From the NCBI GenBank assembly GCA_964016885.1, contig OZ024741.1, positions 99,696,001 through 99,760,000 on the forward strand: a stretch of DNA of 64,000 bases, read 5' to 3'. The position numbers and the translations under genes are program-made. Each line of letters begins with the position of its first letter. Within the stretch, counting starts at the first letter, position 1. The notes beneath the pieces are model-generated. The model worked only from the letters and a program-made list of their open reading frames with translations. It had not been told where the DNA came from and did not search any database. This DNA is from Eledone cirrhosa (lineage: Eukaryota). This document shows positions 54,796-64,000 of the stretch, piece by piece.

Positions 54796-57017
54796 GTCCT
54801 TTGAGTCTCAGTCATTGATGTTATTTAAATGGAAAGTTTGTTGGAATGAATATCTAGCCACTACCTGCAGTCGCAGATATTCAGGATGTATCGGAGGGTT
54901 CTTGCTGTTCCCACCAAGCATGCCTTTTGATGTGTTCCAAAAAGCGGGGGGGGGGGGCAATTTTCTTTAACCATCCCTGTAAACGTTTTGAGATAGTACC
55001 TAGTGAGCCTATGGCAATCTGGACCACTTTGACTTCATGGCAGTTCCAAATCCTTTTTACCTCCCACTTTAAGTCCTCGTATCGGTTAATTTTCTCCCTC
55101 TACTTCTCTTGCACTCTCGTGTCGAATGGGCAGGCCACATCCACAATCAGGCACGATCTTTTTTCCTTGTCCAAAACCACCAGGTCAGGTCTATTGTGTT
55201 CCAGTTTCTTCTCCGTCTGTATCCTAAAATCCCATAGCACCATTACTGATCGTTTTCTATCACCGACTCTGGATTATGCTCATACCACTTCTCAGAATGT
55301 GGTAAATTGTTTATTTGCATAGGTGCCAGTGGATCACCCTGCCCATCACATCATGTCTCCAGCCTTTATAGTGAGTCCGGGCTAGGTGTTTACACTCGGA
55401 TACAATGTGAGCCACAGTCTCTTCTCTCCATCCACAGATCCTGCACAGTGGGCTAGCCCCCTCCTTGTAAATATGGTGTTTCAGCCACTTAGTTCTGGAG
55501 GCCTGCTCTTGCGCAGGCATTAGCATTCCTTCTGTAGCCTTTTTAAGGTCTCCTTTTCTCAACCAGTTCCATTGTCTGTGGATCTCTGAATTCCGTTTTC
55601 TCAAAGAAGGTAATATGAAGGGACTTTTCTTGAAGGTTGCTCTTTCTCCTTGTTGTTATTTCCTCCTTGGACATCCTCTGGTCTATTGTCCTCTCCTTCA
55701 GTACAGTTCTGAGCATTGGCTCCTTACTATCAGTCACGTATTTGTGGAGGTTGTTTCTCTCCATCTGAACACAGTCCTCTATGCTGATAAGACCTCTTCC
55801 ACCTTCAGATTTCATTAAGTAGAGTCTATCGACATCACTCGTCTTGTGGAACATGTTGTAGAGAGTCAATAGCTTCCTCGTCTTCCTATCCATTTCTTTT
55901 TGTTCAGCAACATTCCATCTCAGAATTCCCGCACTGTACCTAATCATAGACACAGCTCGGGAATTTACTGCACTTATGGCATTCCTACTGTTCAGATGTG
56001 ACTTTAATACGCTCCTTACTCTCCGAATGTATTCAGATCTTATCAATTCCTTCATTTTTTTGTTCTTGATGTCATCAGCCTTCAGAATACCCAAATACTT
56101 GTATCATTCTTCAGTGTCAATTTCCTTTATCATCTCACCTCTTGGTACCTGGATTCCGTTGCTAGTGCTCAATTTACAGCTCTTCATCACAAGGACTCTA
56201 CACTTACTAATACCAAATTGCATTCATATATTATTGCTGAAAATACGGACAGTGTCAACAATCACATCCAACTCCTTCTCACTCTTCCCGAAGAGCTTAA
56301 GATCGTCCATGAAGAGGAGGTGATTGGTGGTAAGCCCTCCCTTTGCCAACTTGTATCCTGGTCTCACTTTTTGCAGTATAATGGTCAGGGGAATCAGGGC
56401 AAGGACAAACAACAGAGGGGAACGACTATCTCCCTGGAAGATACCTCTCTTGTTATTCACACCTCACAATGATTCTCCAGCTGATGTTAACTCTGTTTCC
56501 CAGGACTTCATACTTTTGCCCAAAAACTGTCTGATGTTATCTGCCACCTTGAAGATCTCTAGGCTTTTGGTGATCCAAGAATGAGATACCATGTTGAATG
56601 CCGTTTTGTAGTCTATCCATCCCATGGCAAGACAAGTGTGTCTCCTCCTGCAATTTCTCATTACCATCTTATCAATAAGTAACTGGTCCTTTGTAGCACG
56701 GGACATCTTTCGGCATCCTTTCTGTTCATCCAGTAACAAGTTGTTTGTGTGGAGGTGATGGTAGATTTTCTTAGACACAATGCTGGTCAACAGTTTCCAC
56801 ATTGCGGACAGACGTGTGATAGGTCTATAGTTGGTAACATCATTACCCTTGATTCGGTCTTTCATTACCAGAACTGTGGTACCTTTTGTAAACCTCTCTG
56901 GTACCTCACCTGACATCAAGCAGTCATTGAAGATGGTTGTCAGTTTCGGGTGGAGGGATGTTACATTTTTAATCCAATAACCCTGCACACCATCTGGTCC
57001 TGGTGATTTCCAGTTGG

Positions 57018-57020
<3 letters not shown>
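54796..57020 (-). mobile_element. R4/Dong-type LINE, 5'-truncated and frameshifted (copy B)
   Basis: RT (GIFQGDS.SP, LFMDDLKL), CCHC (CRICG..EETVAHIVSEC..RHD) and RPD-type RLE; (TAA)n tail. Confidence 0.92.
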
Positions 57021-57050
<30 letters not shown>

Positions 57051-60000
57051 GTTCTTTGACTCTCAGTCATTGCTGTTGTTTAACTGGAAAGTTTGTTGAA
57101 ATGAATATCAAGCCACTACCTGCAGCCTCAGATATTCAGGACGTATCGGAGGGTTCTGGCTGTTCCCAGCAAGCATGCCTTTTGAAGCATTCCAAAAGCG
57201 TGAAGGGGCAATTTTCTTTAACCTTCCCTGTAAACTTTTTGAGATAGTACCTAGTGCGCCTATGACAATCGGGACCACTTTGACTTCATGGCAGTTCCAA
57301 ATCCTTTTTACCTCCCACTTTAAGTCCTGGTATCGGTTAATGTTATCCCTCTCCTTCTCCTGCACTCTCGTGTCGAATGGGCAAGCCAAACCCACAATCA
57401 GGCACGATCTTTTTTCTTTGTCCAAAACCACCAGGTCAGGTCTATTGTGTTCCAGTTTCTTGTCCGTCTGTATCCTAAAATCCCACAGCACCTTCACCTG
57501 ATCGTTTTCTATCACCGACTCTGGCTTATTCTCATACCACTTTTCAGAATGTGGTAAATTGTTTACTTTGCATAGGTGCCAGTGGATCACCCTGCCCATC
57601 ACATCATGTCTCCAGCCCTTATAGTGAGTCTGGGCTAGGTGTTTACACTCGGATACAATGTGAGCCACAGTCTCCTCTCTCTCTCCACAGATCCTGCATA
57701 GTGGGCTAGCCTCTTACTTGTAAATATGGTGTTTCAACCACTTCGTTTTGAGGGCCTGCTCTTGCGCAGGCATTAACATTCCTTCTGTAGCCTTTTTAAG
57801 GTCTCCTCTTTTCAACCAGTTCCATGTCTGTGGATCTCTGAATTCAGTTTTCTCAAAGAAGGTACTATGAAGGGATTTTTCCTGAAGGCATGCTCTTTCT
57901 TATTGTTATTTCCTCCCTGGACATCCTCTGGTCTATTGTTCTCTCCTTCAGTACTGTTCTGAGCATTGGCTCCTTACTATCAGTCACGTATTTGTGTAGG
58001 TTGTTTCTCTCCATCTGAACACAGTCCTCTATGCTGATAAGACCTCTTCCACCTTCAGATTTCATTAAGTAGAGTCTATCGACATCACTCGTCTTGTGGA
58101 ACATGTTGTAGAGAGTCAATAGCTTCCTCGTCTTCCTATCCATTTCTTTTTGTTCAGCAACATTCCATCTCAGAATTCCCGCACTGTACCTAATAATAGA
58201 CACAGCTCGGGAATTTACTGCACTTATGGCATTCCTACTGTTCAGATGTGACTTTAATACGCTCCTTACTCTCCGAATATATTCAGTTCTTATCAATTCC
58301 TTAATTTTTTTGTTCTTGATTTCATCAGCCTCCAGAACACCCAAATACTTGTATCCTTCTTCAGTGTCAATTTCCTTTATCATCTCACCTGTTGGCACCT
58401 GGATTCCATTGCTTCTGCTTAATTTACCCCTCTTCATCACAAGGACTCCACACTTACTAATACCAAATTGCATACATATATCATTGCTAAAAATACGGAC
58501 AGTGTCAACAAGCACATCCAACTCCTTCTCACTCTTCCCCAAGAGCTTAAGATCGTCCATGAAGAGGAGGTGATTGATGGTAAGCTCTCCCTTTCCCAAC
58601 TTGTATCCTGCTCTCACTTTTCGCAGTATAATGGTCAGGGGCATCAGGGCAAGGACAAACAAGAGAGGGGACAGACTATCTCCCTGGAAGATACCTCTCT
58701 TGATCTTCACGCCTCCCAAGGATTCTCCAGCTGATGTTATCTCTGTTTCCAAGGACTTCATACTTTTGCCCAACAACTGTCTGATGTTATCTGCCACCTT
58801 GAAGATCTCTAGGCTTTTGGTGATCCAAGAATGAGGCACCATGTCAAATGTTTTTTTGTAGTCTATCCATCCCATGGCAAGACCAGTGTGTCTCCTCCTG
58901 CAATTCCTCATTACCGTCTTATCAATAAGTAACTGGTCCTTAGTACCACGGGACTTCTTTCGGCATCCTTTCTGTTCGTCCGGTAACAAGTTGTTTGTGT
59001 GGAGGTGATGGTAGATTTCCTCAGACATAATGCTTGTCAACAATTTCCACATTACGGACAGACATGTGATAGGTCTATAGTTGGTAACATCATTACCCTT
59101 GATTCGGTCCTTCATTATCAGAACTGTGGTACCTTTTGTCAACCACTCTGGTACATCAACTGACATCAAGCAGTCATTGAACATGGTTGTCAGTTTCGGG
59201 TGGAGGGATGTTATATTTTTAATCCAATACCCCTGCACACCATCTGGGCCTGATGATTTCCAGTTGGTTAGTTTTTTGGCCTGCCCCTTAAGAGTTTCAA
59301 CTGTGATACTCATGTCAGTTTGTTGGTGTGCCTGTTCACTAATCTCCTTCTGTACTGTCTCAATCCACACTGCCTCGTCATTATGTTTAACATCCTGCTC
59401 CCATATTCCTCTCCAGAATGTTTTAGTTTGTTCCGCCTCAGGGATCAAGTCGTTGCCTCTTGCTTTCCCCACAAGCTGTCGAAACAGCATCTTCTGGTTG
59501 TTGTCAAACATGCGGTTCTGTCTATACTGACTGACTCTGCTGTCGTATCGCCTAATATTTGCACTCTTGGCTACAATGCGTTGATTCAGTTCCTCTATGA
59601 TAATATTTAGCTTTTCCCTCCTAGTTTTGTACTTTATTTCCAGTCTATGTTTAGTGCCTATGTTTTTTAGTGTCCCATTCAGTAGGGACTCAAGCTTTCC
59701 AATGTCAGTTCTCATTTCCCTGATTTGACCACTCAGTCGTTTCTTCTACCAAGGCTCTGATCTTTCTTGTTTGCTGTTTCCTCTCGCTTTTATACCAAGT
59801 AATTTCCTCACCGCATTTGCTGTTGCTTTGAGGATATTGTTGCACTGGTGAAGGCTCCTCGCCTCATGGTATGGGATGACTTTGTTTACCCTAGCTGTAG
59901 TTTCTTTAAACTTGTTCCTGTCTACAAATCTTAGGTTCATAGGTTTCCCAGTATCATTGTTCAATTCATCTACCACTAAGTTTAGGATATCAACCAAAAC

Positions 60001-60800
60001 TTGTCCTAGCCCGTCAGCATTCATCTCCTCAATGGCCGTATCTTTGTTCCAGGTATTATTTATTTCAGCATTCAGATCATTGTCTGCTTCGGATGATTCC
60101 TCCGTTCTCTCACCCTCTTCACCTTCATTTCCCACTGGTTCGTTTGCCTGGCATACTCCACTCTCCATTTCCAAGCTAATCCCTCTGCTCAGTTCCTCCA
60201 GTTCCAGCTCGTTTATCCACCCATTAGTTCTTATTACCCGAGCCTGCCCGGCCAATTTTTGTTCATCTAATTTAAATAGACCAATCTCGTTCTAGATGTT
60301 ATGCATCCGTTTCCTATAGCCTTTCTCCTTGGCGTTACTCTTCAGGTAACATTGCATAACAGTTCTATTCAATTCTTTCGTCCAGTTGGTTCTGGTCCCT
60401 TTCCTTCTTCTTCTTCCACCGGCACCAGCAGTATTTGGTTGACAGCCAGGTCCCTGCTGCTGAGCCAGGGAGCACCTGTTGGGTGAGAGTCTGTCATATG
60501 ACATTCTACTCTCCACTTCACCGTTATTCGAACTGTTTAGGTTCGACATTTAAACACTCTTATAGAGGATTGGTGAATGTATGGTTACATAACCACCGGT
60601 GATTTCATCATTGCCGGTGATTTTTGTGTGGCACTATCACGCTGTAGACGAACATAAATAAACAAACAAACAAACAGACAAAAAATACCCAAAAAGAATA
60701 AGCATAAGTTTCATTGTAATGTAATGTTTGACTGTCTGACTTAGTTTTTCCCTACCCTTCTCTGTCCGTCTGTTTGTTTTTCTCTACATTTTTATTATTC
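57051..60800 (-). mobile_element. R4/Dong-type LINE, near full length (copy C)
   Basis: N-terminal WTKELN..VMQCY.....GYRKRM, 616-aa RT ORF, RLE ORF 57108-57668; a few stops/frameshifts; (TAA)n on both sides; 5' boundary approximate. Confidence 0.92.
57865..59715 (-). pseudogene. Reverse transcriptase segment of copy C
   Basis: NYRPITCL, WIDYKKTFD, GIFQGDSLSP, FMDDLKL, YKYLG, EGGRGL. Confidence 0.92.
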
Positions 60801-60840
60801 TTTTCATTATTATTAATATTATTATTATTATTATTATTAT

Positions 60841-63289
60841 TCCTTGAATCTCAGTAATTGATGTTGGTTAACTGGAAAGTCCGTTGGAATGAATATCAAG
60901 CCACTACCTGCAGCCTCAGATATTCAGGACGTATCGGAGGGTTCTTGCTGTTCCCAGCAAGCATGCCTTTTGAAGCGTTCCAAAAAGCGTGAAGGGGCCG
61001 ATTTTCTTTAACCATCCCTGGAAACTTTTGGAGATAGTCCCCAGTGCGCCTATGACAATCGGGATCACTTTGACTTCATGGCAGTTCCAAATCCTTTTTA
61101 CCTCCCACTTTAAGTCCTCGTATCGGTTAATTTTCTCCCTCTCCTTCTCTTGCACTCTCGTGTCGAATGGGCAGGCCACATCCACAATCAGACACGCTCT
61201 TTTTTCTTTGTCCACAACCACCAGGCCAGGTCTATTGTGTTCCAGTTTCTTGTCCGTCTGTATCCTAAAATCCCACAGCACCTTCACCTGATCGTTCTCC
61301 ATCACCGCCTCTGGCCTATGCTTATACCATTTCTCAGAATGTGGTAAATTGTTCACTTTGCACAGGTGCCAGTGGATCACCCTGCCCATCACATCATGTC
61401 TCCAGCCCTTATAGTGGGTCTGGGCTAGGTGTTTACACACGGATACAATTTGAGCCACAGTCTCCTCTCTCTCTCCACAGATCCTGCACAGTGGGCTAGC
61501 CTCCTCCTTGTAAATATGGTGTTTCAACCACTTCGTTTTGAGGGCCTGCTCCTGCCCAGCCATTAACATTCCTTCTGTAGCCTTTTTGAGGTCTCCTCTT
61601 CTCAACCAGTTCCATGTCTGTAGATCTCTAAATTCAGTTTTCTCAAAGAAGGTACTATGAAGGGATTTTCCCTGAAGGCTGCTCTTTCTCCTTGATGTTA
61701 TTTCCTCCTTGGACATCCCCTGGCCTACTGTCCCCGCCTTCAGTACAGTTCTGAGCATTGGCTCCTTACTATCAGTCACGTATTTGTATAGGCTGTTTTT
61801 CTCCATCTGAACACAGTCCTCTATGCTGATAAGACCTCTTCCACCCTCAGATCTCCTTAGGTAGAGTCTATCGACATCACTCCTCTTGTGGAATATGTTG
61901 TAGATAGTCAATAGCTTCCTAGTCTTCCTATCCATTTCTTTTTGTTCAGCAACATTCCATCTCAGAATTCCCGCACTGTACCTAATAATAGACACAGCTC
62001 GGGAATTTACTGCGCTTATGGCATTTCTGCTGTTCAGATGTGACTTCAATACGCTCCTTACTCTCCGAATGTATTCAGTTCTTAACAATTCCTTCATTTT
62101 TTTGTTCTTGATGTCATCAGCCTTCAGAACGCCCAAATACTTGTATCCTTCCTCAGAGTCAATTTCCTTTATCGTCTCACCTGTTGGTATCTGGATTCCG
62201 TTACTTCTGCTCAACATATCCCTCCTCATCACAATGACTCCGCACTTACTAATACCAAACTGCATACATATATCACTGCTGAAAATACGGACAGTGTCAA
62301 CAAGCACATCCAACTCCTTCTCACTCTTCCCCAAGAGCTTAAGATCGTCCATGAAGAGGAGGTGATTGATGGTAAGCTCTCCCTTTCCCAACTTGTATCC
62401 TGCTCTCACTTTTCGCAGCATAATGGTCAAGGGCATCAGGGCAAGGAGAAACAACAGAGGGGACAGGCTATTTCCCTGCAAGATACCTCTCTTGATCTTC
62501 ACGCTTCCCAAGGATTCTCCAGCTGATGTCAACTCTGTCTCCCAGGACCTCATACTCCTGCCCAGCAACTGTCTGATGTTATCTGCCACCTTGAAGATCT
62601 CCAGGCTTTTGGTGATCCAAGAGTGAGGCACCATGTCAAATGCCTTTCTGTAGTCTATCCATCCCATGGCAAGATCAGTGTGTCTCCTCCTGCAATTCCC
62701 CATTACCATCTTATCAATAAGTAACTGGTCCTTTGTACCACGTGATTTCTTTGGGCATCCTTTCTGTTCGTCCGGTAACAAGTTGTTTGTGTGGAGGTGA
62801 TGGTAGATTTCCTCAGACACAATGCTCGTCAACAGTTTCCACATTACGGACAGACATGTGATAGGTCTATAGTTGGTAACATCATTACCCTTGATTCGGT
62901 CTTTCATTATCAGAACTGTGGTACCTTTTGTCAACCACTCTGGCACCTCACCCGACACCAAGCAGTCATTGAACATGGCCGTCAGTTTCGGGTGGAGGGA
63001 TGTTAAATTTTTAATCCAATACCCCTGCACACAATCTGGGCCTGGTGATTTCCAGTTGGTTAGTTTTTTTGCCTGCCCCTTAAGAGTTTCAACTGTAATA
63101 CTCAAATCAGTTTGTTGGTGTGCCTGCTCACCAGTCCCCCTCTGTACTGTCTCAATCCACCCTGCCTGGTCATTATGTCTAACATCCTGCTCCCATATTC
63201 CTCTCCAGAATGTTTTAGTTTGTTCCGCCCCAGGGATCAAGTCGTTGCCTCTTGCTTTCCCCTCAAGCTGTCGAACATGCGGTTCTGTT
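60841..63289 (-). mobile_element. R4/Dong-type LINE, 5'-truncated (copy D)
   Basis: Homologous to copies B and C; (TAA)n on both sides. Confidence 0.92.
60916..63240 (-). CDS. Uninterrupted 774-aa RT-zinc knuckle-RLE reading frame of copy D (RLE catalytic PD changed to PG)
   Basis: Full RT motif set, CCHC, HNRPGLVVVD (RPD in the other copies), K..RY; the N-terminus is missing. Confidence 0.8.
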   Translation of the reverse strand: MIPGAEQTKTFWRGIWEQDVRHNDQAGWIETVQRGTGEQAHQQTDLSITVETLKGQAKKLTNWKSPGPDCVQGYWIKNLTSLHPKLTAMFNDCLVSGEVPEWLTKGTTVLIMKDRIKGNDVTNYRPITCLSVMWKLLTSIVSEEIYHHLHTNNLLPDEQKGCPKKSRGTKDQLLIDKMVMGNCRRRHTDLAMGWIDYRKAFDMVPHSWITKSLEIFKVADNIRQLLGRSMRSWETELTSAGESLGSVKIKRGILQGNSLSPLLFLLALMPLTIMLRKVRAGYKLGKGELTINHLLFMDDLKLLGKSEKELDVLVDTVRIFSSDICMQFGISKCGVIVMRRDMLSRSNGIQIPTGETIKEIDSEEGYKYLGVLKADDIKNKKMKELLRTEYIRRVRSVLKSHLNSRNAISAVNSRAVSIIRYSAGILRWNVAEQKEMDRKTRKLLTIYNIFHKRSDVDRLYLRRSEGGRGLISIEDCVQMEKNSLYKYVTDSKEPMLRTVLKAGTVGQGMSKEEITSRRKSSLQGKSLHSTFFEKTEFRDLQTWNWLRRGDLKKATEGMLMAGQEQALKTKWLKHHIYKEEASPLCRICGEREETVAQIVSVCKHLAQTHYKGWRHDVMGRVIHWHLCKVNNLPHSEKWYKHRPEAVMENDQVKVLWDFRIQTDKKLEHNRPGLVVVDKEKRACLIVDVACPFDTRVQEKEREKINRYEDLKWEVKRIWNCHEVKVIPIVIGALGTISKSFQGWLKKIGPFTLFGTLQKACLLGTARTLRYVLNI

Positions 63290-63317
63290 TATATTATTAT
63301 TATTATTATGATTATTA

Positions 63318-63361
<44 letters not shown>

Positions 63362-63742
63362 GGCGACCTACTTAGTAAATCGTATCATCGTGAGCTCCGC
63401 AAAGGTTTGTTATTTCCGTTTGTTAAAAATTGTCATTTATGGAAAATGTTATTGTTAACTGTTTATAAGCGCACATACATTGTTTTCCGAAAAGGACACC
63501 CAAAAAGATTGGGGACTTGTGCCCAAAATTTTAATTTTTATTATTATCCAAAAATTTCTTTGAAAAAAAAATGGCTAATTCCCCTCTGCACGAAGCAGCT
63601 GAAAGCCTTCCTCACAAAATAACACCTCACACCGACACCACCATTGTAAATGTTACTACGTTTGCCAACACAAAAAAAAAATATAAGCAGTAGCAATATT
63701 TTAAATTTGTCTCAGGCAGACATTCATTTCCCGCCATTACCA

Positions 63743-64000
63743 ATGACTGCAGGTGTTAAAGCGTCCACCACCACCACCACCGCGACAACCACCACCCCCA
63801 CCACCACCGCGACAACAGAAACAAAAGAAGAAAAAAATAAATTAACTCGTGATGTCGAAATGAAATCAAGCAAAATGGACTCTTCCGCACAAAAGACGAA
63901 TGACGTCACCACCACCACAACTGAAACAAAAATTAAGATTAACACAAATAACGATAGCAACAACAACAACAATGACATTATAAAACCGACCTTCAGTTTC
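63743..64000 (+). CDS. Open low-complexity Thr/Asn-rich frame running off the window, possibly ORF1 of another retroelement
   Basis: No stop from ATG 63743 to the window end; the frame extends upstream (FPPLP) to an A-run, with another ATG at 63571; unique sequence starts right after (TAA)n. Confidence 0.3.
   Translation, partial: MTAGVKASTTTTTATTTTPTTTATTETKEEKNKLTRDVEMKSSKMDSSAQKTNDVTTTTTETKIKINTNNDSNNNNNDIIKPTFSF

Noticed and set aside
54927-63622. Plus-strand ORFs overlapping the R4/Dong copies
   Set aside because: Antisense shadows of the RT coding strand.

Overview
AT-rich, microsatellite-laden metazoan DNA; the SINE types resemble those of octopod cephalopods (inference). I could not support any host gene, and most ORF-track entries are (TA)n/(TG)n translations. 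The window is almost entirely mobile DNA. (1) Penelope-like elements (PLEs; RT + GIY-YIG), three of them Naiad-like, several with the PLE-type 5' inverted copy of the 3' end. (2) A dense set of small non-coding elements sitting in (TA)n tracts that carry hammerhead ribozymes (HHRs), including three tandem arrays (about 557, 510 and 435 bp monomers) and several 1.1-1.2-mers, i.e. retrozyme-like elements. (3) A Rep-deleted Helitron. (4) Four head-to-tail R4/Dong-type RLE LINEs in (TAA)n. (5) RTE fragments and tRNA-derived SINEs. The most unusual signal is a repeat family (5 copies) whose three hammerhead core strands occur in a non-circularly permuted order (NUH-stem I, then GAAA-stem III, then CUGANGA) with covarying stems I and III. 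Several other HHR families have a mismatch instead of the canonical pair at the base of stem II. All RNA structures were read by eye and none has been computed or tested.
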